Assembly (NCBI GenBank): GCA_045863295.1
Contig: BTWA01000013.1
Coordinates: forward strand, 1-64,000
DNA from: Candidatus Hydrogenedentota bacterium
GTDB lineage: Bacteria; Hydrogenedentota; Hydrogenedentia; Hydrogenedentales; SLHB01
Reading direction: 5' to 3'
Length of the DNA stretch: 64,000 nt
The first letter of the stretch is position 1, and every line of letters starts with the position of its first letter. A program made the position numbers and the translations under genes. Of this stretch, positions 20,011 through 29,746 are shown in pieces. Under the pieces are notes generated by a model that was not told where the DNA came from, searched no databases, and saw only the letters and a list, made by a program, of their open reading frames with translations.

Positions 20011-21141
20011 CTACCGGTTGTAATAATCGCCGACGAACGTGTAATGGGCATCGTCCGCGGTTTGAATCTTGCGCTTTTCGCTCGATTCCAGGTAGGACGT
20101 CCGCTTCGGCACCGACTCGTCGCGCACGTAGCTGCCGTAGTCAATGTATTTGTGGAAGGGTATGGGAATACCAAGCATCGCCCGCAACTTGTTCAACACG
20201 ACCCACGCCGCCGGCTTCGCCTTGGGCAATTGCGGCACATACGGACTCCGCATGGCCGTGCGCGCCGTGGTCACCATCCAGCAATTCTGCGGGCACTGAC
20301 GCACCTGTTGCCGGATGGCGTCCGCCTTTTCACTGAACATGATCTCGTCCCAGGATTGCCGTTTCAGGTTGCCCATCAACAGGTCCGGCCGCACATTGCA
20401 ACTGAACACATCGCACCAAGGATCGATAAACGCGAAGTCCCGCCCCGCCGAACAGGGGATGAGGCGATCATGGCCAAGAATGTTTTCAATCAACCCCAGA
20501 TTCAGGTAGGCGCGAAACCAGTTCTTCACCTTGTTCGTCTTCAACATCTCGGTGATGAGTTGTTCCACCTCGCGCGCCACGCGCACCCGGTCGTACATCA
20601 CATTGTCATTCTTGTGAAACTGAAACGCGTTATGCAGCGTGGACGTCGCGAATTCGACGTTCTTTTCCTTCGTGAACCGGTACAGATCGACGACTTCGGT
20701 GATGTTGTCGTCCTGGATCACCGCGCCGAAGCCCAGGTCCTGACCGCCCAACTCCTTCAGGCGCATCATACCCTCGACCTTCTTCTGGAAACCGTCTTTC
20801 TCGCCGCGAATGCGGTTGTTGGTTTCGCCAAACCCCTCGAGGCTGAACCGCACCTTGATGTCCGGGTATTTCTTGATGATGGGCTCAAGGCGTTCCGCGT
20901 GAAGCCCGTTGGAACTGATCTCCAATATCCGGCACTTCGGCTTCAACACCTCCACCAGATCCATCAGATCCTTGCGGAGCGTGGGTTCGCCGCCCGTGAT
21001 ATTCAGATTGTCGAAACCGCCCGGCAGCTTGGTCAGGATATCCGCGTTAACCTCGTCTTCCGGCTTTGTCGGGTACTTCCAGATATGGCACATCGAGCAC
21101 TTGCTGTTGCACCGGTACGTGGTGATTACTGTCAAGTCCAT
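20011..21141 (-). CDS. Radical SAM / SPASM-domain protein
   Basis: CNSKCSMC (CX3CX2C), ITGGEP, C-terminal CSAG...FSCN...MGNL...CPQNCW. Confidence 0.9.
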   Translation of the reverse strand: MDLTVITTYRCNSKCSMCHIWKYPTKPEDEVNADILTKLPGGFDNLNITGGEPTLRKDLMDLVEVLKPKCRILEISSNGLHAERLEPIIKKYPDIKVRFSLEGFGETNNRIRGEKDGFQKKVEGMMRLKELGGQDLGFGAVIQDDNITEVVDLYRFTKEKNVEFATSTLHNAFQFHKNDNVMYDRVRVAREVEQLITEMLKTNKVKNWFRAYLNLGLIENILGHDRLIPCSAGRDFAFIDPWCDVFSCNVRPDLLMGNLKRQSWDEIMFSEKADAIRQQVRQCPQNCWMVTTARTAMRSPYVPQLPKAKPAAWVVLNKLRAMLGIPIPFHKYIDYGSYVRDESVPKRTSYLESSEKRKIQTADDAHYTFVGDYYNR

Positions 21142-21439
21142 TTTGCCGCCTGCCTTTCGACCCCGATAAACCGGCCCCTCAAGGAACCGCCATAGGACAC
21201 GCGCCGTTCAGCGCGAACCGTTGTAAATGCAGCCACCACTGTTATACAGACAAACCGCCTGAAGATGCAAAGGACGATTGCCGCGAACGGAACCCAGAAA
21301 AGACCCTCTATTTGTTTGAGAACACAAATCTAGCGGCATTCCAACAAGACCCTGACTGATACCGTGTCCTTGCGCGGCATACTTGAAAAGTACTACGGTT
21401 ACGGGGTTTCGTCGATGCGATAACCGGGGAGTTTTGCAT

Positions 21440-23272
21440 ATGTCGCGCGCACTTGCATTGGGTCTTGTATTGGTCGCCCTTCCGGCATTGGCTCATGAGC
21501 CGGGGCAGGCCACCATCGAACACCATGTTACCACCGAGGCCAAGCCTTGGACTCATCTCAACGTCAACAACGATCCCGACAGCTTTCAGTTCGGACTTGT
21601 GACGGACAATGCGGGCGGTCCGCGTGACGGCATCTTCCGGGAGACGATGGACAAGCTGAATCTCATGCAGCCGGAGTTTGTCATGAGCGTCGGCGATTTC
21701 ATCGAGGGATATGAGAATACGGTGGAGCAACTGGACCTCCAGTGGGAGCGGTTTCTGAAAGACGTGGCGCGGCTGAAGATGCCTTTCTTTTTTGTGCCGG
21801 GCAATCATGACAATGGCAAGCCGCTGTGGGCAGAGGTGTACAACCGGCGGTTCGGCGTTCCCTATTACCATTTCAAGTACAAGAATGTGCTGTTTCTGTG
21901 TCTGTCGTCGAACGACGCGCCCGACAACAGCACGGGCATCGGCGAGGCGCAGATCGCGTATGTGAAGAAGACGCTGGAAGAGAACCAGGACGTGCGCTGG
22001 ACGCTTGTATTTCAGCACAAACCGTTGTGGAACGACGAAGGTGCTTTGGGTTGGAAAGAGGTTGAGGCATTGTTAAAGGGCCGTAAGGTGAGTGTCTTTG
22101 CCGGACACACGCACAATTACCTCAGCCAGGAGCGCGACGGAATTTCTTTCATCACGATGGCCACGTCCGGTGGCGGATCGCAATTGCGCGGCGCGGCCTT
22201 CGGCGAGTTCGATCATTTCGCTTGGATTACCATGACGGACGACGGGCCCATTGTCGCGAATCTGATGCTCGACGGCGTGCAGCCCGCCGATCTGCGCACG
22301 CCGGAGATGGCGGAAGAATTGGCGTTATTCCGTAGCGATAAGGCCGTGACGGCAACGCCCATTCTCTATGCCGAAGGCGAGTTCCAGCAAGGAAAGACCA
22401 CATTCACAGCGACGAATCCTTCGAGCAAGCCGCTACGGTTCAAGGCGGTGATTGAGTCGCAGCCGGGCGTGCGCGCCGAACCGAACACCGTGGAAGCGGT
22501 CATTCCGGGCGGAGCTACGCATACCGTGGACATCGCGGTGACCGCGGACACGCCGCTGCAGCCCGGCGCGGTGCGGCCTTTGGTCGCCCATTGGGAGGGC
22601 AATTACGGCAGCGGCGCCAACACAGCCCCGATTACCTTGAAGGGGCAGCGCCGCATTCTGGTCGATGCGCCCATGTCCATTCCCGTGGTGGAATCCGCGC
22701 CCGCGATCGACGGCACGTTGGACGACTGGAAAGACCTGCCGTTTGACGTCTCGCAACCCGCCGATATCTACGTGAATGTGCCCGCATGGAAAGGCCCTCA
22801 GGATGGGTCGTTCACGTTTGCCGTGTCGCGCGACGAGGTGTTTTTGTACGTGGCCGTTAAGGCCCTGGACAACGACCTTTGCTTCGACGGATGGAAATAC
22901 TGGGAAGATTTCGCCACCGTTGCGGTCGATCCGCGTGGCTCCGCCGATCAGGATATCCGCGAGTCCGCCTTCAGCATCATGACCGGTCCGGAAATGGACG
23001 CGGAGCAAGCGGCGGAATACGAAATTGGCAAGAAACCCGAAGGCGTTAAGACAGCGAGCGTAAAAACCGAGAACGGATTCACAACGGAATTCGCGATTCC
23101 GTTGGCGGCATTGGACGCCCTGCAGGCAGGCGGATGGAAACACGTGCGGCTGAATGTAGGCGTCAGCGATTTCGATCCCAGCGACGCCCGGGACGGCGTG
23201 ACGATTCTCTATTGGCGGCCGCAATTCACAAGCCCGCATTCCTATCCGGAAGCAGGGCTGTTCGTAAAGTAG
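21440..23272 (+). CDS. Secreted calcineurin-like metallophosphoesterase with C-terminal CBM9-like sugar-binding domain
   Basis: Signal peptide; VGDFIEG, PGNHD, FQHKP, AGHTH; C-terminal APAIDGTLDDW...LYVAVKALD...EFAIP. Confidence 0.8.
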   Translation: MSRALALGLVLVALPALAHEPGQATIEHHVTTEAKPWTHLNVNNDPDSFQFGLVTDNAGGPRDGIFRETMDKLNLMQPEFVMSVGDFIEGYENTVEQLDLQWERFLKDVARLKMPFFFVPGNHDNGKPLWAEVYNRRFGVPYYHFKYKNVLFLCLSSNDAPDNSTGIGEAQIAYVKKTLEENQDVRWTLVFQHKPLWNDEGALGWKEVEALLKGRKVSVFAGHTHNYLSQERDGISFITMATSGGGSQLRGAAFGEFDHFAWITMTDDGPIVANLMLDGVQPADLRTPEMAEELALFRSDKAVTATPILYAEGEFQQGKTTFTATNPSSKPLRFKAVIESQPGVRAEPNTVEAVIPGGATHTVDIAVTADTPLQPGAVRPLVAHWEGNYGSGANTAPITLKGQRRILVDAPMSIPVVESAPAIDGTLDDWKDLPFDVSQPADIYVNVPAWKGPQDGSFTFAVSRDEVFLYVAVKALDNDLCFDGWKYWEDFATVAVDPRGSADQDIRESAFSIMTGPEMDAEQAAEYEIGKKPEGVKTASVKTENGFTTEFAIPLAALDALQAGGWKHVRLNVGVSDFDPSDARDGVTILYWRPQFTSPHSYPEAGLFVK

Positions 23273-23302
23273 GCGGATTCTGAGATCGCTTGGCCCGTTG
23301 CG

Positions 23303-23857
23303 TTAAGAGGCTGATACGGCCTTCGGACCGGCAAACCGCATGATCAATCCGGAAAGGGCGTACAGCAATCCCGTGATGATGAGCGCGAACTTCGCCGACG
23401 CGCACCAGAAGGCGATCTGCGCAGCGGGTGTGGACGGCGTTCCCAGGAACATGACCAGCAGCGCGGCATTCTCGATGCCGTCCAACGCGGCGGCGGCCCA
23501 TTGCCCCCAGGCAAGGTAACGTCCGGCGATGCCCATGATAAGCGATGTGCGCAGCCACACGCCGGCGGCGAGGATGCACGCGAATCCAATGGCCGACGAG
23601 TACACCACCATGTAGCCATAGTCGATGATAAGGCTTTGCAGGGCGGATTCGCGGACTGCCGACCAGGAGTCGATCATACGCGCCGCGTTTGCGCCGTCCC
23701 ATGCGAATTCATAGGAAACGATGCCGAGCGGGGCTTCCGGGGTGTTCAGCGGCGCTCCCACGCGGGCCATGACCACGGAGGAAAGAATCGCCGCAAAGGT
23801 CAGCGCCAGAAAGAGTGGCGTACGAAAACCATGTGGCACGCGTTCGAAAGGATGCAT
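23303..23857 (-). CDS. Hypothetical integral membrane protein
   Basis: Four hydrophobic helices, DYGYM and DGIEN motifs; GGGGAGGGG RBS before ATG 23857. Confidence 0.7.
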   Translation of the reverse strand: MHPFERVPHGFRTPLFLALTFAAILSSVVMARVGAPLNTPEAPLGIVSYEFAWDGANAARMIDSWSAVRESALQSLIIDYGYMVVYSSAIGFACILAAGVWLRTSLIMGIAGRYLAWGQWAAAALDGIENAALLVMFLGTPSTPAAQIAFWCASAKFALIITGLLYALSGLIMRFAGPKAVSAS

Positions 23858-23900
23858 GGCCCCTCCCCGCAACGCGTCCCGCTCCGGCCCTATGTCCGGA

Positions 23901-25835
23901 TCAGTCGATCGCGATGCTGCCGTCGGTTACGGTCAGAGTTACCCGATGGGTTCCATCGTTCAATTGTCCGGTGAAATCACGCACGTTCTGGAAATTCGTT
24001 CCGTTGAGTTGTACGGATGACGAACTGATTTCGCCGTTGGTCGCCTTGGCAAAAACAACGACATTCGAGGTTGACGTAACCAGCAAATTGAGATCGCCTT
24101 TGGTCACGCTAACGTCGTAATCGCCAGCAATACCTTCCAAGGGCAATATGCGGACTTCGCCGCCCTGCTGCACCACGGACAAGGGCCCTCGCGGGGTGTC
24201 GACGATGGTGCGTCCGTCGGTACATTCCAGCCGTTGCGCCCCTTGCACGTTGCGCGTTGTAAGCGTGCCTTTCTTGGCGGATGCCGCCAACGGCCCCGCG
24301 CAGTCCACGAGCGTTACGTCGCCTTCGATCGCGGTTACAGTAAACGGCTCCGCCGCCGGCGCGCATTCTTCCACGGAGACGCCGCCCTTGGTTTGAATAA
24401 GCGTGAGCGGTGCGTTAATGGTTCTCACCACCGTACTTCCGTTTTCCGCAACCACCTTCAACGGAACATTTCTGGGGCACCGGATCTCCAAATCGACGCG
24501 ATAGTACGTGCAGCCGAGACTTTCCATATCGCCGATTACTTCGGTCTGCACGATGTATTCGTTGGCGCGTGGGCCGTGCGTCAACGACAGGGCCTCCACC
24601 GCTTGACGGGCATTGTCTTTTCGCGTCATGCGGATGACGCGCGCGACCTTGATTTCGACCGTGTCGGAATCGACGCCTTCCACGCGGATGTCTCCGCGAA
24701 TGGCCTGCACGGAGAGGGTCGATCCTTCCGGAAGGGTCACGCTTTCCACCGGGCTATCCGAATCCATGATGAAATCGCCAGCCGGTTCGCCTTGGGGTTT
24801 TTCGGTGGACTTCATGCCCTCGCGGTGAATGTGAATGGCATCGAACATGGATGTGAGATCGATGTGTTGCGAGGATTCCACATTCATGCTGCGTCCTCCC
24901 ACGAACAACCCCCGTTGGGTTTGATCCAACGGCATGTCCGACACGAGCGATCCGGAAAAAACGTTGGCAATCAAATCCGGCCGTGCGTTTTCCGGCACGT
25001 AGAGATGCACCGGCCCAAAGTCGTTCCGCACAGTCATGTCGGAATCCAAGGCCAGGTCCCGGATCGTGACGGTACCTTGAAAGTTGCTCACATCCACCGG
25101 CCCCGCCACATTGATGAACTCCGCGTGCGACCATTGCAGATCGAAATTGCCGCCCTTGGCCAGATTCAGCGCCAACATCGGGAATTCTCCGCTGGCCCTT
25201 ACATTTACTTCCCCGGCGATGCTGCGCAAATCGACGGCCCCAAGCCGGGAATTGATGCCCACATTGCCGGAAATGCCTTCGACCAATGTGTCGCCGAGCT
25301 TGTTCTCTACCATCACGGGGGCATCCCGCGGCACAGTAAGAACGATATTGACGCGCATTTCCACTTTGCCTTGACCCTGGGCAGATGGATACGCGGTTTT
25401 GACGTCGAACACCGTGTCGCTCGGATTGATGGAAACGACGATGGACTCGGCCAACACCTGGGCCGTCTCGACGGACTCCGCGCCTACTTCAATGTCGGCG
25501 TCCACACGAACAAGCGGACTGTCCCATGCGACCACGCGGACTTCTCCGAATTCGTGTGTGATGGAGATGGGCACTCCCGATTTCAGTGGGTAGTTCTGGC
25601 TCAGTTCGCGTGCGCTGATTTTCAGCCCCGACCAGGGCGATTCGTCGCCGTTCGGCGAACCGAAGTGCGGGGATATGAAACTCTCGGTCATTTTCCCGAG
25701 ATCGTTGAGCCAGGTGGAGAATCGCTCGAGCAGGGTGCGGGAGGGCTGTTCCGGAACGGGTTGGGCCAAGGCCCCGGTAATAAAAAAAGCCGCCAAGCAT
25801 ATTGACCTGGCACAATGGGTGGACAGAGATTTCAT
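23901..25835 (-). CDS. Exported DUF4097-like beta-strand repeat protein (two domains)
   Basis: Signal peptide; repeated GEVRVVAWD / GDIRVEGVD and G-x-I/V beta-repeats ending in TDGSIAID; lies downstream of an ECF sigma/anti-sigma pair. Confidence 0.7.
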   Translation of the reverse strand: MKSLSTHCARSICLAAFFITGALAQPVPEQPSRTLLERFSTWLNDLGKMTESFISPHFGSPNGDESPWSGLKISARELSQNYPLKSGVPISITHEFGEVRVVAWDSPLVRVDADIEVGAESVETAQVLAESIVVSINPSDTVFDVKTAYPSAQGQGKVEMRVNIVLTVPRDAPVMVENKLGDTLVEGISGNVGINSRLGAVDLRSIAGEVNVRASGEFPMLALNLAKGGNFDLQWSHAEFINVAGPVDVSNFQGTVTIRDLALDSDMTVRNDFGPVHLYVPENARPDLIANVFSGSLVSDMPLDQTQRGLFVGGRSMNVESSQHIDLTSMFDAIHIHREGMKSTEKPQGEPAGDFIMDSDSPVESVTLPEGSTLSVQAIRGDIRVEGVDSDTVEIKVARVIRMTRKDNARQAVEALSLTHGPRANEYIVQTEVIGDMESLGCTYYRVDLEIRCPRNVPLKVVAENGSTVVRTINAPLTLIQTKGGVSVEECAPAAEPFTVTAIEGDVTLVDCAGPLAASAKKGTLTTRNVQGAQRLECTDGRTIVDTPRGPLSVVQQGGEVRILPLEGIAGDYDVSVTKGDLNLLVTSTSNVVVFAKATNGEISSSSVQLNGTNFQNVRDFTGQLNDGTHRVTLTVTDGSIAID

Positions 25836-25891
25836 GCAGTGAGAAAACGGTTCCGGATCGCCCCACAGTGGTGGCCGCCCATTGGGGCCGG

Positions 25892-26554
25892 TCAGAGTGT
25901 ACGATCCAGGTACAGGTTTTTCAACGCCTGCGCCTGCCGTTTGATGTTGGTGCTCAGCACCAAATCGGCCCGTTCGCAGCCCGGATTCCGCTGCAACGCT
26001 TCGCGGGCGGTTTGCATATCGGCTTCCAGGGCGAGCACCAGACGGGCATGGCGCAATTCCTGGACCGACTGCGGCCGCGGGTTCCGCGCGCTTACCGCCG
26101 CGGCCAGGGTCTGCACTTCAGCGTTGGATTTCTTTACCTCGTCCGCCGATACGGAGGCCGGAACGGCCGATGTCATCGCCGGGGCGACGGATTCCTGATC
26201 GTCAGGCCGGTCTGCCAGGGCGGACTGGAACGACACGGCGCACACCGTCACGATGGCGGCCGCGCAGGCCGTGGTCTTGGCCAAGCCCCAGATCGTCCGG
26301 CCGAGGCTACGGCGGCTTTGAAGGGTCTGGCGTTCCGAACGGGCGGCCGACAGAATGGAATTGGTCAATTCGAGGGTGGGTTCCAGTTCCCGCGCCGAGT
26401 CCAGGAACGCAAACGATTCCTTGAGCCCCTGCAATTCCTGCGCACAGGCCGGACATTTTGCCACGTGCCGCGCTACTTCCGCGGAAATGGCGCCACCGTC
26501 GACCAGGCCCTCTGCATGGGCCAGCAAGTCAGCTTTTGACGGATGCCGCATCAT
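25892..26554 (-). CDS. Zinc-binding anti-sigma factor (ZAS / zf-HC2)
   Basis: HVAKCPAC (HxxxCxxC) N-terminal domain and one TM-like segment; directly downstream of an ECF sigma. Confidence 0.8.
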   Translation of the reverse strand: MMRHPSKADLLAHAEGLVDGGAISAEVARHVAKCPACAQELQGLKESFAFLDSARELEPTLELTNSILSAARSERQTLQSRRSLGRTIWGLAKTTACAAAIVTVCAVSFQSALADRPDDQESVAPAMTSAVPASVSADEVKKSNAEVQTLAAAVSARNPRPQSVQELRHARLVLALEADMQTAREALQRNPGCERADLVLSTNIKRQAQALKNLYLDRTL

Positions 26555-26596
26555 AACCGTTGCCCGCTCCCTCCGGCGAAGACTGCCCTCGCCGCA

Positions 26597-27271
26597 TCAC
26601 ACGTATTCTTTGAACTTATCCAATAGAGGCCGGAGCGCCCGTTCCGCCCTCACCACACGGGATTTCACCGTTCCCACCGGCGAATCCGTGACTTCGGCTA
26701 TCTCTTCATAGGACAGGTCGCGGAACCGCCGCAACACGAAGGCTTCGCGCTGGTGTTCCGGCAATTCCTTCAAGGCCGCGTTCACGGCTTCCGAAATCTC
26801 GCCGCGAGTGAATGCCGCAAAGACATTGGCACGCTCATCACCGGCATGATCCAGGGGATTAAACTCGTCGTCTTCGTCCCGTGAGCGGTTCCAGTAGGAG
26901 AGGCTGAGCAACTTGGGCCGCCGCTTCTGCCGGAGCCATTCCTTCGAGACGATGTTCGAAGCAATAGTGTACAGGTACGTGGTGAACTTGGCCGTTGGCT
27001 GGTAGCGTTCCGCATTGCGCACCAGCGCGATGAAGACTTCCTGGGTGAGTTCTTCCGCGATCTGCCGGTTTTGCACCATCCGGTAGACGTAGTTAAGAAC
27101 GCCCTTCTGATGCCGCCGGACCAACTCGCCGAAAGATTCCTCGGAACCCCGGCCGTGGGCCAGCATCAGGTCTTCGTCGGACCGTTCCCGGATGGGAAGA
27201 CCTTCGGGTCCCAAGACGCGAAAGGGCTGAATGTTTGGTGCACCTTGCGCTTTGCCCTGGAATCCCAGCAT
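26597..27271 (-). CDS. ECF RNA polymerase sigma factor (sigma70 group 4)
   Basis: Region 2 AEELTQEVFI...FTTYLYTIASN and region 4 LPEHQREAFVLR...LSYEEIAE...GTVKSRVVRA. Start taken at ATG 27271 with GGAGAGG RBS. Confidence 0.92.
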   Translation of the reverse strand: MLGFQGKAQGAPNIQPFRVLGPEGLPIRERSDEDLMLAHGRGSEESFGELVRRHQKGVLNYVYRMVQNRQIAEELTQEVFIALVRNAERYQPTAKFTTYLYTIASNIVSKEWLRQKRRPKLLSLSYWNRSRDEDDEFNPLDHAGDERANVFAAFTRGEISEAVNAALKELPEHQREAFVLRRFRDLSYEEIAEVTDSPVGTVKSRVVRAERALRPLLDKFKEYV

Positions 27272-27685
27272 GGCCTCTCCCACCGCGTTGGAATCGTTTG
27301 TGTTCTGCACAATGAATACCCCTTGGCCGGGAAAAGTTTCCCGGCTTTGTAGTCCCACCATTCTAGCAATTAGGACGCGGATTTGACAAGAGTATTCATC
27401 CGTTATTTTGGGGCAGTATCCGAGTGGAGCCACAAGATGCGGCTTGACGCTTAGCGGATTGAAACAAGGGGTTTTGATGGATATGCGCATAATACACAGT
27501 GTGACCACATCCAGATAGGAGGGCGCCCCGTGTGTGGAGCATTTTTTGGTGTGGGCCATGGATGGGCGGGTCCTGTTTTCCACTTCTATAGTCTGCTTTT
27601 TGCATTTCCCAGCGTTTTGACTAGGTTTTTGTCGTGGCGGCGAGTTCGGTGGCGAGGCGTTGCATGTCGGGTGGGCAGCCGAATT

Positions 27686-27825
27686 GGGGGTGGGTATTGG
27701 GTGCGAGGGACTGAAGGGACTGAAAGGACCAAAGGGAGCAAAGGCTGGGGGATGGAGGATGGGATGGGGAACGGAAAATGGGGGATAAGGGCGGGTAATA
27801 ATGGAAGTGGCCGCAGCCGGGGAGC
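27686..27825 (+). repeat. G/purine-rich low-complexity tract with 9-mer repeats (GGGACTGAA-like)
   Basis: GGGACTGAA GGGACTGAA AGGACCAAA GGGAGCAAA at about 27707-27742, plus many GGA and G-run units. Confidence 0.7.
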
Positions 27826-27845
27826 GGTCGGCTGCGGCCGTTTTT
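27809..27845 (+). terminator. Intrinsic terminator-like hairpin (plus strand)
   Basis: 11-bp inverted repeat GGCCGCAGCCG/CGGCTGCGGCC followed by GTTTTT. Confidence 0.6.
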
Positions 27846-28039
27846 GAGAGCAGGGATCTCTGATTCGAGCCCTGGGGGAGGCGCATGGGCGCTGGCGTTT
27901 TCGGCCGGCGTGTGCGCAGGGTACGGGGCTCGTGTTTTGAGTGCGTTAGTTCCGAGCGAGGTTTCGGTGATTTTTTGTGTGCCTGGGAGCGTGGTGGGGG
28001 TGGGCGTATCCGGCCGGGGGGGCGGAGTGGCCGGGCAGG

Positions 28040-28546
28040 TCAGTGTCCTCCATGCGCGATGGTTCGTTTGTCCATGATTACGACGAGCCAGTAGCCGACG
28101 CTGAGGGCGAGCACGACGGCCGCGATGGCAAAAATGTAGTCTGGGGTAATTTCCTTCAGGTCGAGGATGATGACTTTTCGGGCGATGGCCATGAGCGCGG
28201 TGGCCATGACGATTTTGACGTGAATGACGTCGTCGCGCAGGTAGACGATGATGTTGATGAAGATTTCAATTGCGATGAGAACCGCCATGAATGCGCCGAA
28301 GGTGGCGAGCATGTCGCTGATGGTGAGCAGGCGGTAAGGGTGTTCCGCGATGCGTTCGTAGATGACCCAGACTACGTCGACCACACCGAGAACGATGACG
28401 AAGGTCATGAGCACGGCGAGGGCCCTCACGGCAACGTGAATCACCCGAGTCAGATTGCGTACGAGCGGTTCTTCGGAGGAGGGATGCGTGGAATCCAAAT
28501 GGTTTACTGGTTGGGCTTGCGGATTCTCCGTGGACGATTCAGACAT
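28040..28546 (-). CDS. Phosphate-starvation-inducible PsiE family membrane protein
   Basis: VLIAIEIF...VMATALMAIARKVIILD pattern with four TM helices. Confidence 0.85.
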   Translation of the reverse strand: MSESSTENPQAQPVNHLDSTHPSSEEPLVRNLTRVIHVAVRALAVLMTFVIVLGVVDVVWVIYERIAEHPYRLLTISDMLATFGAFMAVLIAIEIFINIIVYLRDDVIHVKIVMATALMAIARKVIILDLKEITPDYIFAIAAVVLALSVGYWLVVIMDKRTIAHGGH

Positions 28547-28651
28547 TAAGCGGTTCCTTCATGCTCCGTGTTGGGTAGGAGAACGCATTGGGTAAGACGT
28601 TCATTCCCGCACGATCCAATGGATTGAACCGCAAATGGCGAAGATTCCGCA

Positions 28652-29734
28652 TTATCCGTTTAGGCGTTGATAGTCCTCGATAATGCGGCGTTGCTCTTTG
28701 GTGAGGCGCGTGGGAATCTGGATAGCTACACGGACGAGTTGGTCGCCGCGGCGGCCGGTGTCGATTCCGGGCAGGCCGAGGCCGCGCAAGCGGAGTTGAG
28801 CGTCGGGCTGGGTGCCTTCGGGGATTGCGAGTTCCACTGAGCCTTCCAATGTGGGTACTTTCACTTTGGCGCCGAGAATGGCTTCATAGAACGGAATGGT
28901 AATATGGTGCAGGACATCGGAGCCGTCGCGATCGAATTCAGGGTCGTCGATGACTTCGACGAGGACATAGAGGTCGCCTCGTGGGCCGCCGTTTGCACCG
29001 GCCTCGCCTTCGCCGGTGAGGCGCAGGCGCATGCCGGTTTCGACACCTTTGGGAATGGATACCTCCACTTCCCGTTGTTTGTTTACCCGGCCGTGGCCAT
29101 TGCATTTGGAGCAGGGATTGGGAATTACCTGGCCGGTTCCGTGGCAACGGGAGCAGGTGCGGCTTATGAACATGAATCCTTGTGAAGTCTGCATTTGGCC
29201 GGAGCCGTTGCACATGGTGCAGGTTTCCGGTGCGCTGCCGGGAGCGGCGCCGTTGCCATGGCAGTGTTCACAGGTTTCCTGCCGGGGCACCTGAATACGG
29301 CGCTTTACGCCGTGAAGCACGTCGCGCAGGGAAATGCGGATGTGGGCCTGGATGTCGCGGCCGGGTTGCGCGGCGGACCTGGGTCTACGTTGTGCGCGGC
29401 CGCCAAAGATCGAGCCGAAGATATCTTCAAAGGGGTTGCCCTCGCCACCGAATCCGAATGCTGAGGGGTCGAACCCCTGGCCGAAGGGATTGCCGCCATA
29501 GCCGCCGCCCATGGCGCGCATTTGATCGTATTGCTTGCGCTTTTCGGGATTCTTGAGCGTGTCGTAGGCGGCGTTGATTTCCTTCATTCGGGCTTCAGCG
29601 GCCTTGTCGCCGCTGGCCTTGTCGGGGTGGTATTTTTGCGCGAGCTTGCGGTAGGCCTTGCGGATTTCGTCTTGCGAAGCCTTTTCATCCACGCCGAGAA
29701 CGGTGTAGAGATCGTCTTGTCGTACCGTTGCCAT
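28652..29734 (-). CDS. dnaJ: Chaperone DnaJ
   Basis: J domain with HPD, G/F-rich linker, four CxxCxGxG zinc-finger repeats, C-terminal domain. Confidence 0.96.
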   Translation of the reverse strand: MATVRQDDLYTVLGVDEKASQDEIRKAYRKLAQKYHPDKASGDKAAEARMKEINAAYDTLKNPEKRKQYDQMRAMGGGYGGNPFGQGFDPSAFGFGGEGNPFEDIFGSIFGGRAQRRPRSAAQPGRDIQAHIRISLRDVLHGVKRRIQVPRQETCEHCHGNGAAPGSAPETCTMCNGSGQMQTSQGFMFISRTCSRCHGTGQVIPNPCSKCNGHGRVNKQREVEVSIPKGVETGMRLRLTGEGEAGANGGPRGDLYVLVEVIDDPEFDRDGSDVLHHITIPFYEAILGAKVKVPTLEGSVELAIPEGTQPDAQLRLRGLGLPGIDTGRRGDQLVRVAIQIPTRLTKEQRRIIEDYQRLNG

Positions 29735-29746
29735 ACCCCTGCGGCC

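Noticed and set aside
25625..25634. GCCCCGACCA matching the tRNA-Pro 3' end, as a possible attR of an island
   Set aside because: Only 10 bp, inside the DUF4097 CDS, and no integrase; expected by chance in GC-rich DNA.
27272..27886. 200-aa N-terminal extension of the ECF sigma ORF (PFGPFSPFSP...)
   Set aside because: It is a translation of the low-complexity G-rich tract; a good RBS and ATG lie at 27271.
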